In this document: piece by piece, positions 8,313 through 18,011 of the stretch
Numbering within the stretch: position 1 is the stretch's first letter
How the letters are laid out: every line of letters begins with the position of its first letter
Assembly (NCBI GenBank): GCA_963674965.2
Contig: CAXXFL010000003.1
Location: forward strand, 416,001-480,000
DNA length: 64,000 bases
Reading direction: 5' to 3'
Origin: a bacterium
GTDB lineage: Bacteria; RBG-13-61-14; DATKZS01
Notes under the pieces: generated by a model
The model's database searches: none
The model's input: only the letters and a program-made list of their open reading frames with translations
Told to the model about the DNA's origin: nothing
Program-made: the position numbers and the translations under genes

Positions 8313-9830
8313 CTATTCCCCGACGTTGTTGGCCCCGACCACCGAGGGAGCCGTAAACTTCAGCTTGCCCGCCGGATAATCGAAAAACACGACGGTGAAG
8401 GCCCGGGACTCGCGCGGGCCAACCTCGATGCATCCCATGTTGCGCCCGCCCGAGGTGTCCATGGCCCCCAGGATAAAGTCCTTGCTCATGGTCTGAAGAT
8501 CGTCCAGGGCAAAGGAAACGTCGCAATAACTACGGCCCGTCACCACCCGCTGCTCGGTCTCGTCCTTCAGCGTGACCTCCACCAGGATGTTGCTCTTGAC
8601 CTTGTTGGTCCCGTTGGTCACCTGGCCCGTCACAACCACGATGACCGATCCGTCCTCCCTCGTGACCGTGTCGACCTTGTAGCCCTTCTCGACCATAATC
8701 TCGCCGGTCTCGGGCTCGGGTATCCAGCCCTTTTCGATCATGAACTTTTGCACGGCGGGCATTTGTTTGATCTTCTCGATATTAAGACCCGCCGCCACGC
8801 CGGCCGCGACAAGAAGCGCGAGAAAGACCAGCCCCACGTATTTTCCCGCGGAACTCTTCTGGGCGGGCCGGGATATGACCGGCTTCGGGGGAGGCGGAGG
8901 CGCGGCGGAACTTTCTTCAATCTCCGTCCTGCCGCGAGAAGACTCTCCGTCAAAATCGGCGTCTCCTATGCTGGCCTCGAGGTCGTCACCCGCGGGCTTT
9001 TTCGAACTGGGCGACCTGATGAAGTCGTCCACGTCCATGGGCATGTCGAGGTCGTCGCCGCCCCGGTCGGGAAGACTGTCGTCGGCGTCGAATTGGAAGT
9101 CTCCAAAGCCCCCGTCGTCGTCTCCGTCCCCGGCTCCGGCTCCAGCTCCAAACCCCTCGTCTTCGCCGAAGCTGACGTTTCCCCACTCCTCGTCGGAGGG
9201 CGGGGAAGCGGCGGGCTTGGGCTCGGGAGCGGGGGGCGGCGCGCCGGGAGGGGCCGCTTCCTTGCCCGAGTCGGCGAAGCTGTCGTCGTCGAACTTGAAG
9301 TCGCCGAAGTCGTCGTCGGCCCCGGCCTTGGGAGAAGCCGCCTTGGGAGAAGCCGCCTTGGGCGGAGCGGGCTTGGGCGGAGCGGGCTTGGGAGGAGGGG
9401 CCGGGGCCTCTTCCTCGCCGTCGGAAAGGGAGAAGTCCTCGTCGGCGAAATCGAAATCGTCGCCGCCCGAGACGGGGGCCGCCGGCGAGTCCTCGAGAAA
9501 GCCGGGGTCCATTCCCGGAGCGGGAGGAGGAGGGCTGGGAGCGGAGGGAGCGGGAGCGGATTCGTCCGGGGAAATTTCCCCGTCGCTTTCCTCGCCGAAA
9601 TCCATGTCATCGGAAAAATTGAAGTCGGAGAACGGGTCGTCTCCCGCCGGTCCCGAGCCGCCGGCCGCGGGAGGCGGGGCCGGCGCGGCGGAGGCCGCCT
9701 CCTGGCCGTCGCCCTTTTTGACCGTAAACACGCTCTTACACTTGGAACAGCGGACCTTGACGCCCTTGGGCCCGACCTTTTCGTCGGCAAGCTGGAACTT
9801 GGCTCCACATTTATCACAGTTAACAATCAT
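8313..9830 (-). CDS. zinc-ribbon (MJ0042-type) membrane protein with acidic/Pro-rich linker and DUF3426-like C-terminus
   Basis: CDKC...KVRCSKC zinc finger, long D/F/P-rich linker, one TM helix, and a periplasmic beta domain (VVTGQVTN). Confidence 0.85.
   Translation of the reverse strand: MIVNCDKCGAKFQLADEKVGPKGVKVRCSKCKSVFTVKKGDGQEAASAAPAPPPAAGGSGPAGDDPFSDFNFSDDMDFGEESDGEISPDESAPAPSAPSPPPPAPGMDPGFLEDSPAAPVSGGDDFDFADEDFSLSDGEEEAPAPPPKPAPPKPAPPKAASPKAASPKAGADDDFGDFKFDDDSFADSGKEAAPPGAPPPAPEPKPAASPPSDEEWGNVSFGEDEGFGAGAGAGDGDDDGGFGDFQFDADDSLPDRGGDDLDMPMDVDDFIRSPSSKKPAGDDLEASIGDADFDGESSRGRTEIEESSAAPPPPPKPVISRPAQKSSAGKYVGLVFLALLVAAGVAAGLNIEKIKQMPAVQKFMIEKGWIPEPETGEIMVEKGYKVDTVTREDGSVIVVVTGQVTNGTNKVKSNILVEVTLKDETEQRVVTGRSYCDVSFALDDLQTMSKDFILGAMDTSGGRNMGCIEVGPRESRAFTVVFFDYPAGKLKFTAPSVVGANNVGE
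9325..9399. repeat. 5 x 15-bp imperfect tandem repeat encoding PPKPA/SPKAA
   Basis: Units gccttgggagaagcc (x2), gccttgggcggagcg, ggcttgggcggagcg and ggcttgggaggaggg. Confidence 0.85.
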
Positions 9831-10000
9831 TTAATAACCCATCTCCGGCTTGTGTCGATTTGGCGGAAACATTAATCCCGTAATTTAATCATACCTTAAC
9901 AAAGCGGGGGGTGGAAATCAAGCCCGCTCGCTCTTTCCGGCCAAACCGCCTCGGACCTCCGGCGCGAAACGCCTCCAAGGGGGGGCATTTTTGGGCATGG

Positions 10001-11785
10001 TCAATAATAATACCAGATGGTGGAGTAGTCGGCCGGGTCCTCTCCCATGGATTCCAGCCGCTTGAGGTATTCCAGGATGGGAACGTCGTAACCAACGTAG
10101 GTATCGAGGCCGTCCTTTAAATTTCTCTCCCAGGGGAAGAACTCGTACACCCTGGAGCCATTGGGCTTTATGGCCAGCAGGTCCCGCGAGGACTGGGCCC
10201 TCAAATAATTCTTTCCCAGGCCGGGCACGTTGAAAACGGCCTCGTCGGTCCTGCTCAGTCCCGGCAGCAGCCGGGCCTCCTCCGCCTGTTCCTGCAGGAG
10301 GCGGGCGATGGGAACGCGGTAATCCGAGGTTTCCTCCTTGCCCTTCACGTTGAAGGTGTAATAGGGGTCGGCGCCGGCAAGCCTCATGTAATGCCTGACC
10401 GCGACCGCCTCGAACCTCCTCGAGACGTGGAAGGTGTAAACCATCTGGTTGTACACCGAAACCCCGCGCGACTTGAGCCGGTTGACCGCCTCGACCACCT
10501 CGGGCGTGATCTCGTAGGCGTGCTGGGCGTGGGTGACCAGGGACACCCTGAGCTTGCCGGGCTCGCGCAGCGATCCCAAAAGGTCCGCGAGCTCGTTCGT
10601 TATCCGCATGGGCGCCGTAATCAGGGCCCTTGTCCCTATCCTTATGAACTCGACGGTGGGGATACGCGAAAGGCGCGTGAGGATTTCCTCGAGCCTCTTG
10701 ACGCCGAGTCCGAAAGGGTCGCCGCCGGTGACGAGCACCTCACGCAGGGACTCGCGCTCGGAAATCCATTGCAGGGCGGAATCGATTTTGTCATGGGAGG
10801 CCAGGGCCTTTTTTCCCATGGGCTCTTCGATCTCCCAGTTCCTCTGGCAATAAACGCAAATTTGGGGGCAGGCGTTAAAGGGCTTGAATATGGCGATGGA
10901 GGGATACCGCCTGGTGACGAGGTCTATGGGCGAGGTCTCGCCCTCCAGCATGTAGTCGAGGGAGCACCCGCCCTCGTCCTTGATCCTGGAGACGCGCTCG
11001 ACGTATCCCATGGGAGGAAAGACCTGAGCCCGGATGGCCCGGTCCCTGCCCGACGGCTCGTCGTCCATCAGCGAAAGGTAATAGGGGGTGACGCCGAAGG
11101 GAAGGCCCTTTTGAATGGCCGCCGCCGCGGCTTCCTCCTCCTCCCGGCCGAGGCGGACCAGCTTTTTCAGGTCCTCGACCCGGCGGACGACGTGCCTGAA
11201 CTGCCACTTGTAATCCCACCAGTCCCCGTCCGAACCCGAGAGGACCTTCAATATCTTCTCGCGCCGCGCGGCCCGCCGGGCGACGGCGGCCTCGGACAAG
11301 CCGCTCTCGAAGCGTTTAATGCCGGGGCCCAGGCGCTTCTCCCAAATTTCGTCAAGGCCGGCGCTTCGGGCGACGGCCGCCTCCCGTCCGGCAAGCTCCC
11401 CGCCGCCGGCCTGGGCGCTCAAGAAGGAGTCGTCTCCCATGACGCCGGTAAGAACGTGGATAAGGTCGGCCCAAAAGGCCTCGGCCAAATCGGGACGGGC
11501 CTTGCCTCGGGCCTCGTCGTAAATGGCCTGGGTCACCGAAAAGCCCGCCAGTTCCTCGGACCGCGTCTTCAACATGGTCCGGAGCGCCCGGGCCGAGTCG
11601 CGCTCCCGCATGATCCGGTTAAAATCGACCTCGCGGGAGCGGGAAAAATTTTTATACTCGACTCGAAGCGCGTGCTCGGAAAGCCTGGCCCTGGCGTCGT
11701 CCACCGAGTCGGCGGCGCGGGCGATCCGGAAAAAATCCGGCGCCGCGATCTTTGCCTCCTCGGCGTTGTATTTTCTTTCCTTCAC
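10001..11785 (-). CDS. KamA family radical SAM aminomutase (lysine 2,3-aminomutase-like), long form
   Basis: WWDYKWQ, TPYYLSL, RRYP, CPQICVYCQR, TGGDP, RIGTR and NQ motifs; PGLGK candidate PLP lysine; GTG start. Confidence 0.88.
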   Translation of the reverse strand: MKERKYNAEEAKIAAPDFFRIARAADSVDDARARLSEHALRVEYKNFSRSREVDFNRIMRERDSARALRTMLKTRSEELAGFSVTQAIYDEARGKARPDLAEAFWADLIHVLTGVMGDDSFLSAQAGGGELAGREAAVARSAGLDEIWEKRLGPGIKRFESGLSEAAVARRAARREKILKVLSGSDGDWWDYKWQFRHVVRRVEDLKKLVRLGREEEEAAAAAIQKGLPFGVTPYYLSLMDDEPSGRDRAIRAQVFPPMGYVERVSRIKDEGGCSLDYMLEGETSPIDLVTRRYPSIAIFKPFNACPQICVYCQRNWEIEEPMGKKALASHDKIDSALQWISERESLREVLVTGGDPFGLGVKRLEEILTRLSRIPTVEFIRIGTRALITAPMRITNELADLLGSLREPGKLRVSLVTHAQHAYEITPEVVEAVNRLKSRGVSVYNQMVYTFHVSRRFEAVAVRHYMRLAGADPYYTFNVKGKEETSDYRVPIARLLQEQAEEARLLPGLSRTDEAVFNVPGLGKNYLRAQSSRDLLAIKPNGSRVYEFFPWERNLKDGLDTYVGYDVPILEYLKRLESMGEDPADYSTIWYYY

Positions 11786-12091
11786 GTCGTCTTGCCTGAT
11801 GAAAGTCCTCGGGAGACCCCGCCCGGGGGCGGTTCGCCTATACCAGAGACTCTCCCGTCCAGTTGAATCGGACCAACAAGTTAATCGAGAATGACAAAAG
11901 CAAAAATGGAGCGAAGATAAAGGGCATAAGCCAAAATATGCCCTACTAAATTATAATAGCCAAGGCTCGTTTCACAGTCAAATTGTCGGGGTAATTTTTT
12001 TATGTGTAAAAATAAGTTAACCTTTTGATAATCAAGGGAAGACATGATCGGTCAACTCGACCGCGAAAGGTAACAATCGGGAGGTGAAAAA

Positions 12092-12490
12092 ATGATCGTA
12101 AAAGACCTTTCTTCCTGCGTGGTCACGAACAAAATCGATGAGACCAGGGAATTCTACGTGAGGCATTTCGGCGGCAAGGTGATCTTCGACTGCGGCTGGT
12201 ACGTGAACGTCCGGTTCGAGCCGGACGGCCGTGCCATGCAGTTCATGGCGCCTCAAGGCGGGGACCAGCCTTTATTTGGGGGGACGGGACTGACCTTTAA
12301 CTTCTCGGTGAGCGACGTGGACTCGGAGTACGCTCGGCTGAGGTCCGAGGGTCTATCGCCTCTTTCCTCCCCCGAGGACCACCCCTGGGGAGACCGGGGA
12401 TTCGCCCTGGCCGACCCCAACGGCGTGATGCTTTACCTCTACCAGGAAATCGAGCCCTCGCCCGAGTTCAAGAAATATTTTCTCGAGTAG
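12092..12490 (+). CDS. VOC/glyoxalase family protein
   Basis: FY...FG, VSDVD and PWGDRGF..DPNG motifs; GGAGGTG SD. Confidence 0.88.
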   Translation: MIVKDLSSCVVTNKIDETREFYVRHFGGKVIFDCGWYVNVRFEPDGRAMQFMAPQGGDQPLFGGTGLTFNFSVSDVDSEYARLRSEGLSPLSSPEDHPWGDRGFALADPNGVMLYLYQEIEPSPEFKKYFLE

Positions 12491-12495
12491 CCGCT

Positions 12496-13317
12496 TTACA
12501 AATACAAGCGGGACTTCTTTTGGGCCAGGCTTTCCCTGGTTTCACCGCGCTGGGCGAGGATCGACTTCCAGAACGCGCTCATATCGGCGAACTTAAGCGC
12601 GTTCTCGGGGCAGACCGCGAGACAGCGAAGGCACAGGATGCACTTGTCCCTGGCGGCCTCTCCCTTTTGGGCGTCCATGGCCGAGGTGGGGCAAAGGTCC
12701 TGGCAATCCATGCACATGCCGCAATCGGCTCCCATCCGGGAGGGGAGTTGGGGCACGGACGCCCTCATGCCCTTTTCGATCTGGTCGAGAGTTTTATCGT
12801 CGCTCTTTCCCTCGGGGAACTCCCCCGGCCTTCCCCGGTCCTCGCCCTTGAAGCGGGCGAGAGTTTTGGCCGCGTATTCCCGGGCGACCTCGAGGTCGGA
12901 CTCGTCGGGCCTTCCCACCATGGCCTCCCAACCGGCGCGGTTATAGGTGTGCTCGCCCAGGAACTCGGCCGAGGAAACAAGGTCGAATCCTTTGCCCTCC
13001 AGTATGGCCCGGGTGGACCGGTGAGCGGGATGGGAGTTGACTCCTCCGTAGGTAAAAAAGGTCGAGCATTTCCTGCCCCCGCCCTCGAGCGTCCCCAGCC
13101 ATTCCCTCATGATGGCGGGCGCGCGGTTCACGAATATGGGAAAGCCGAAAACCACGGCGTCATGCCCGGAAAGATCGAGGTTTTCCTCCCTGTCCTTGAA
13201 CGAGGTCACGTCCCGGGCCGTGACCTTGGCGCCAAGGTCAGAAAAGGCCTCGCTCACGGCCTCGGCCATCTTCCGGGTGTTGCCGGTGGAAGAGAAATAA
13301 GCGATCAAAATATCCAT
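12496..13317 (-). CDS. EFR1-type flavodoxin-ferredoxin fusion
   Basis: YFSSTGNT flavodoxin loop plus CGMCMDCQDLCP and CILCLRCLAVCP. Confidence 0.88.
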   Translation of the reverse strand: MDILIAYFSSTGNTRKMAEAVSEAFSDLGAKVTARDVTSFKDREENLDLSGHDAVVFGFPIFVNRAPAIMREWLGTLEGGGRKCSTFFTYGGVNSHPAHRSTRAILEGKGFDLVSSAEFLGEHTYNRAGWEAMVGRPDESDLEVAREYAAKTLARFKGEDRGRPGEFPEGKSDDKTLDQIEKGMRASVPQLPSRMGADCGMCMDCQDLCPTSAMDAQKGEAARDKCILCLRCLAVCPENALKFADMSAFWKSILAQRGETRESLAQKKSRLYL

Positions 13318-13374
13318 GGGGCGCCTCCTTGCACGGGTAATAAATCCGAAAATACCGCGTCCATTAGGGGCCGT

Positions 13375-15084
13375 CTAGGTGGACGCGTCTATGAATTCGC
13401 GGGCCAGGGCCGCCGCCTTCTCGAGGTCGGCCAGGCGTGGCTTTTCCTCGGTCCGTCCCTTGATCTCGACTTTTCCCTGCTTTAAGTTCTTCGACCCTAT
13501 CACGATCCGGAGGGGAATCCCCAGGAGGTCCGCGTCCTTGAATTTCACGCCCGCCCTCTCGTCCCGGTCGTCCATGAGCACCTCGAGTCCCTTTTCCTCG
13601 AGTTCTTTTTCGAGCTTGTCGGCCGCGGCCATTGAATCCTCGTCGTTCACGTTGATGGGCATGAGGTAGACGTGGAAGGGCGCTATCTGGGGTTTCCAGA
13701 CGATGCCGTTCTCGTCGTTGTTCTGCTCGATGGCCGCCGCCGCGGTCCGGCCGGTTCCGATGCCGTAGCATCCCATGACCAGTGGTTTTTCCTTGCCTTC
13801 CTTGTCCAGGAAGAGGGCCCCCATGGCCTCGGAGTACTGGGTCCCCAGTTTGAAGATGTGGCCCACCTCGATGCCCTTGGTCACGCGCATCGCGGTGGCG
13901 CACCTCGGACACGGGTCGCCCTCCCCCACCAGTCTCAGGTCCGCCACCTGCTTGACCTGGAAGTCAACCCCAGGCGTGGCGTTTATATAATGATGGTCTC
14001 CCTCGTTGGCGCCCACCACCAGGTTCCTCGCCCCGTCCAACTCGGAGTCAAGATAGACGGGAAGGTTGATGCCCACGGGACCGGAAAAACCCATGGGTCC
14101 TCCCGTGTACTGCTCGATGCGCATGGGCTCGGCCAGATGGGCCCAAGCCACGTCGAGGCAGGCCGTGAGTTTTTCCTCGTTAAGTTCCCGGTCGCCCCGG
14201 ACCATGGCCGCCTTGGGGCCGTTGGGAGTGTCGAAGATTAAGGTCTTGGCCACCCTCTTGGGCGAAATTTTAAGGAAACTCGATACCTGCTCGACCGTGT
14301 GGGTCCCCGGCGTGTGGACCTTCTCGAGGGCCTTGTCATCCTCGTCGCCCCCGACGGGGTCCTCGGGCCGGGACTCGGCCAGCTCGACGTTGGCCGCGTA
14401 GCCGCACTTGTCGCAAACGGCTATGGTGTCCTCCCCCGTGTCGGCGATGACCATGAACTCGTGGCTGAAGGCCCCGCCGATCTGGCCGGTCTGGGCCTCG
14501 ACGGGCTGGAAGTTAAGTCCGCAGCGCTTGAAAATCCTTTTATAGGCCTCGTACATGTCATGGTAAGTGCGCTCGGCCGAGGGGTCGTCGGCGTCGAAGC
14601 TGTAGGCGTCCTTCATCTCGAACTCGCGGGCCCTCATGACCCCGAAGCGGGGCCTTATCTCGTCGCGGAATTTCATCTGTATCTGGTAAAGGCAAAGGGG
14701 AAGGTCGCGGTAGCTTTTAATCTCGCCCTTTACCAGGTCCGTTATGACCTCCTCGTGGGTGGGGCCCAGGCAGAATTCCCTGTCGCGGCGGTCCTTGAGG
14801 CGAAGCAGCTCGGGCCCGTACTTTTCCCACCTGCCCGACTCCTCCCAGAGCTCGGCCGGCTGGACCATGGGAAGGTGGACCTCCTGGGCCCCCGCGGCGT
14901 TCATCTCCTCCCGCACGATCCTTTCCACTTTCCGCAGGACCCGAAGCCCCAAGGGCAGCCAGGTGTATATGCCCGAGGCAACCTTGCGGATCATGCCGGC
15001 GCGGAGCATCAGCTTGTGACTTATTACCTCGGCCTCGGCCGGGACCTCCCGCAAAGTGGGAAGATATATCCTGGAAATACGCAT
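13375..15084 (-). CDS. proS: proline--tRNA ligase (bacterial type with editing domain)
   Basis: LGPTHEE, KFRDEIRPRFG, REFEMKDAYSF, IEVGHIFKLG, MGCYGIG and anticodon domain DDRDERAGVKF. Confidence 0.98.
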   Translation of the reverse strand: MRISRIYLPTLREVPAEAEVISHKLMLRAGMIRKVASGIYTWLPLGLRVLRKVERIVREEMNAAGAQEVHLPMVQPAELWEESGRWEKYGPELLRLKDRRDREFCLGPTHEEVITDLVKGEIKSYRDLPLCLYQIQMKFRDEIRPRFGVMRAREFEMKDAYSFDADDPSAERTYHDMYEAYKRIFKRCGLNFQPVEAQTGQIGGAFSHEFMVIADTGEDTIAVCDKCGYAANVELAESRPEDPVGGDEDDKALEKVHTPGTHTVEQVSSFLKISPKRVAKTLIFDTPNGPKAAMVRGDRELNEEKLTACLDVAWAHLAEPMRIEQYTGGPMGFSGPVGINLPVYLDSELDGARNLVVGANEGDHHYINATPGVDFQVKQVADLRLVGEGDPCPRCATAMRVTKGIEVGHIFKLGTQYSEAMGALFLDKEGKEKPLVMGCYGIGTGRTAAAAIEQNNDENGIVWKPQIAPFHVYLMPINVNDEDSMAAADKLEKELEEKGLEVLMDDRDERAGVKFKDADLLGIPLRIVIGSKNLKQGKVEIKGRTEEKPRLADLEKAAALAREFIDAST

Positions 15085-15450
15085 TGATTGATCTCCTGTT
15101 CTTTAAAACCTCGACATATTTTAGACGACGCCCCCCCTCCAGGCAAGCCCCCCGATAATATGTAAAAAGGGATTTGCCACCCCTTTGCCTTTATGCTATA
15201 TTCCTTGACGCGCGGTGGTTAATGCGCGGGCTCCAGGCTCCAATCTCTTTATGCGGACTCTCGCGACGCGGTTGCTCTTTTATCAAGCGGAAAAAATATC
15301 ACCGGAAGACCACGCTCCGGCTGGGAATGGATACGCGTTTCGGCCGCGGACGCGTGTTTGGCTTTCGAGCGTAATACGGCGACGACAAGGACGATACGCC
15401 ATTTTTGGCGTTTGTCTATACGGGAAGTGATCGATTTGGGAGGAGGGACC

Positions 15451-16062
15451 ATGAATAACGGGAGAGCGATGAATTACTTTTCGATAATCTTAGCCGCGTG
15501 CATATGCGCGCTGACTTTTGGATGCGAGAAGCCCATCGCCGAGATGAAGCGGGCGGAGGAAGCCATCGACAAGGCCAAGCGCTCGGAGTCGGCCCTTTGC
15601 TCGACGGCCGAGATAAGCGCGGCGGAGAAGGCTTATAAAGAAGGCCTAAACATGATGGACACTTTCCGCTACAACTCGGCCAAGCAAAGGTTCGAGGACG
15701 CCTACTCGAAGGCGACGATGGTGCAGAACGCCAGGTGCAAGCGCTACCCTGCCCCCTCTTTCGAGGGACCGGCGGCGAGAAGGGTCAGGGACCGGCACAC
15801 GGTGGTCAGCGGCGAGTGCCTTTGGTACATCTCCGAGTACTCCGACATTTACGGAGACCCCTTCCAGTGGCCCATCATCTATGACGCCAACCGCGGCGAG
15901 ATCGACTCGACGGCCCACTCCAAGGGCCATTACTACAAGGAGGAGGACCATATCTACCCGGGCCAGGTATTCGAGATACCCCGGGACTCGTCCATCGGTG
16001 AAATCAAGGACGCCCGCAAAAGGGCCGGAGCCCCAGCGCCCTACGCGCCGCCGGGCAGATAA
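15451..16062 (+). CDS. lipoprotein with DUF4398-like helical domain and LysM domain
   Basis: GGAGG SD before ATG 15451; lipobox-like TFGC; LysM motif HTVVSGECLWYIS...WPIIYDAN...IYPGQVFEIP. Confidence 0.85.
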   Translation: MNNGRAMNYFSIILAACICALTFGCEKPIAEMKRAEEAIDKAKRSESALCSTAEISAAEKAYKEGLNMMDTFRYNSAKQRFEDAYSKATMVQNARCKRYPAPSFEGPAARRVRDRHTVVSGECLWYISEYSDIYGDPFQWPIIYDANRGEIDSTAHSKGHYYKEEDHIYPGQVFEIPRDSSIGEIKDARKRAGAPAPYAPPGR

Positions 16063-16081
16063 CCTCGCTTTAAAAAACGGC

Positions 16082-16112
16082 AAAGCCCCGGAAACTCCTC
16101 CGGGGCTTTTTT
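16082..16112. terminator. intrinsic terminator, possibly bidirectional
   Basis: AAAGCCCCGGA-loop-TCCGGGGCTTTTTT between convergent genes. Confidence 0.85.
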
Positions 16113-16136
16113 ATGTCGGATTATCGGCTTGCCGGT

Positions 16137-16373
16137 TTATTTTATTTCCCGGCCTTTGCGCCCGTCTCCGGAATAAAGAGTGATCCGGATGCCGCTTTTT
16201 AGCTTTTTATTCCGGCTCGGGCAAGAAGGGCAAGGATTGTTAACGAGAAACTCCCGCGCCTCCTTCAGGCGGCTGGGCGGAAGAGGGGCCGAACCGCGAG
16301 CGTCTTTGTCCTCGAGGTCGCATCCGCCGATTACGAACCTGGCCACCGTCTTGCCGTCCTTTTCCTCGATCAT
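16137..16373 (-). CDS. small hypothetical protein (78 aa) with CPSC motif
   Basis: AGGAG SD 7 nt before ATG 16373; ends just before the terminator hairpin. Confidence 0.5.
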   Translation of the reverse strand: MIEEKDGKTVARFVIGGCDLEDKDARGSAPLPPSRLKEAREFLVNNPCPSCPSRNKKLKSGIRITLYSGDGRKGREIK

Positions 16374-16807
16374 GCCTCGTCTCCTCGAGCCGGACCCGAC
16401 GCCGGGCCCCGCCGATTGTGGCGCCAATTTCGAGAATCTCTTTGCACCCGCGCAAAAACAATAGCGCCCAAAAATAAGATACCCGTTAGATAAGGGCGAT
16501 CATTTCGCGAAAATGTATCTCCCCATCTTTTCTTCCTGGAAAATTACTCCGCATTATCCGTGCCTTATCAAACCTTCGCCCTTGTGCCCAAAATATTTGG
16601 GTCCTTTGGCCCCGGCTTTCGGGCCATCTTTTCCATTCCTTCGCGTTTCTTCGGTTCAATTTCCGGGCCAACCTTGCAGGGAGGCGGCGGTCCTTAAAAA
16701 CGCCGCGCCTTCTCCCCCTCGTTTTGCGCCGGGGGAGGATGCCGGTAAAATATGCTCACGGGGGCCCCATGGCCCCTTTCATTCGGGGCTAAAGGGAGGA
16801 CACGAAC

Positions 16808-17806
16808 ATGCTGGTAGTGATGAAACGGGGCGCGACCGACTCGGAGATAAAGGCGGTGGTCGATCTGATCGAGGGAATGAAGCTCCGGGCCGTGCCCATG
16901 CCCGGGTCGCAGCGCACGGCCGTTTGCGTTCTCGGGAACGAGGGCCCCCTCGAGGCGAGCCGGTTCCTGGTCATGCCGGGGGTCAAGGACGCCATCCCCG
17001 TAAGCAAGCCCTACAAGCTGGTCAGCCGCGAGAGCTGCCCCGAGCCCACCCGGATCGAGGTGGGCGGCGCCGTCATCGGCGGTCCCGAGCTCGAGATCAT
17101 GGCCGGGCCCTGCGCGGTCGAAAGTCTCGAGCAGTGCATGGCCATCGCCGAGTCCGTCAAGAAGGCCGGGGCCAGGATATTCCGGGGCGGCGCCTACAAG
17201 CCCCGCACCTCGCCCTACAGCTTCCAGGGGCTGGGGGAGGAGGGCCTGAAAATCCTCGCCGCCGTAAGGGAGGAGCACGGCCTGGCCGTTATAACCGAGG
17301 CCCTGGACCACGACGTCATATCCGCGGTGGCCAGGTACGCGGACATAGTACAGATAGGAACGCGCAACATGCAGAACTACAGCCTCCTGCGCGCCGCCGG
17401 ACGCTGCGGCAAGCCCGTCATGCTCAAGCGCGGAATGTCCGCCACCGTCGAGGAATGGCTCATGGCCGCCGAGTACATCATGAGCGAGGGAAACCGCGAG
17501 GTCATCCTCTGCGAAAGGGGCGTGAGGACCTTCGGAGACCACTCGAGAAACACCCTCGACCTCTCCGCCGTGCTCGCCGTCAAGCGACTGTCGCACCTGC
17601 CCGTCATCGTCGACCCCAGCCACGCCGCCGGAAGAAGGGACATGGTCGCCCCCCTCGCCAAGGCCGCCGCCGTCATCGGCGCCGACGGACTCATGATCGA
17701 GGTCCACAACCAACCCGAAAAAGCCCTCTCCGACGGGCCCCAGTCCCTCTACCCCGAGCAGTTCATAAAACTGAGCGAGGAGTTGAAAGAACTGGCCGGG
17801 AAATGA
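16808..17806 (+). CDS. aroF: 3-deoxy-7-phosphoheptulonate (DAHP) synthase, type I-beta with N-terminal regulatory domain
   Basis: AGPCAVES, GGAYKPRTSPYSFQG, QIGTRNMQN, LCERG, DPSH and SDGPQSL motifs. Confidence 0.96.
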   Translation: MLVVMKRGATDSEIKAVVDLIEGMKLRAVPMPGSQRTAVCVLGNEGPLEASRFLVMPGVKDAIPVSKPYKLVSRESCPEPTRIEVGGAVIGGPELEIMAGPCAVESLEQCMAIAESVKKAGARIFRGGAYKPRTSPYSFQGLGEEGLKILAAVREEHGLAVITEALDHDVISAVARYADIVQIGTRNMQNYSLLRAAGRCGKPVMLKRGMSATVEEWLMAAEYIMSEGNREVILCERGVRTFGDHSRNTLDLSAVLAVKRLSHLPVIVDPSHAAGRRDMVAPLAKAAAVIGADGLMIEVHNQPEKALSDGPQSLYPEQFIKLSEELKELAGK

Positions 17807-17981
17807 CTGAGCCATGACCGGGCCAATCGCTCAACTAATTTATCTTTCTTTTCTCGACGCGAGCGCAAAATTAGTAAATATCTATTATTTCTTTTAAATG
17901 GAATATGATTATACCATGGATAATATTGAATGGCCCCCGCTTTATAAGCGGATAAATTGAGTCAATTAACAAAAAATTATC

Positions 17982-18011
17982 TTGACAAGAATTTTGATTT
18001 GTTCTATTAAT
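17982..18011 (+). promoter_or_regulatory. putative sigma70 promoter for the secreted repeat protein
   Basis: TTGACA, 17-nt spacer, then TATTAAT, in an AT-rich intergenic region. Confidence 0.6.

Noticed and set aside
9325-9399. CRISPR-like repeat
   Set aside because: These are contiguous in-frame 15-bp coding repeats with no spacers and no cas genes.
11790-12090. Lysine riboswitch upstream of kamA
   Set aside because: No recognisable L-box conserved elements; it looks like an ordinary AT-rich divergent promoter region.
15180-15440. tRNA or ncRNA between proS and the LysM gene
   Set aside because: Only short GC stems are present, with no T-loop/cloverleaf or T-box motif that I could identify.
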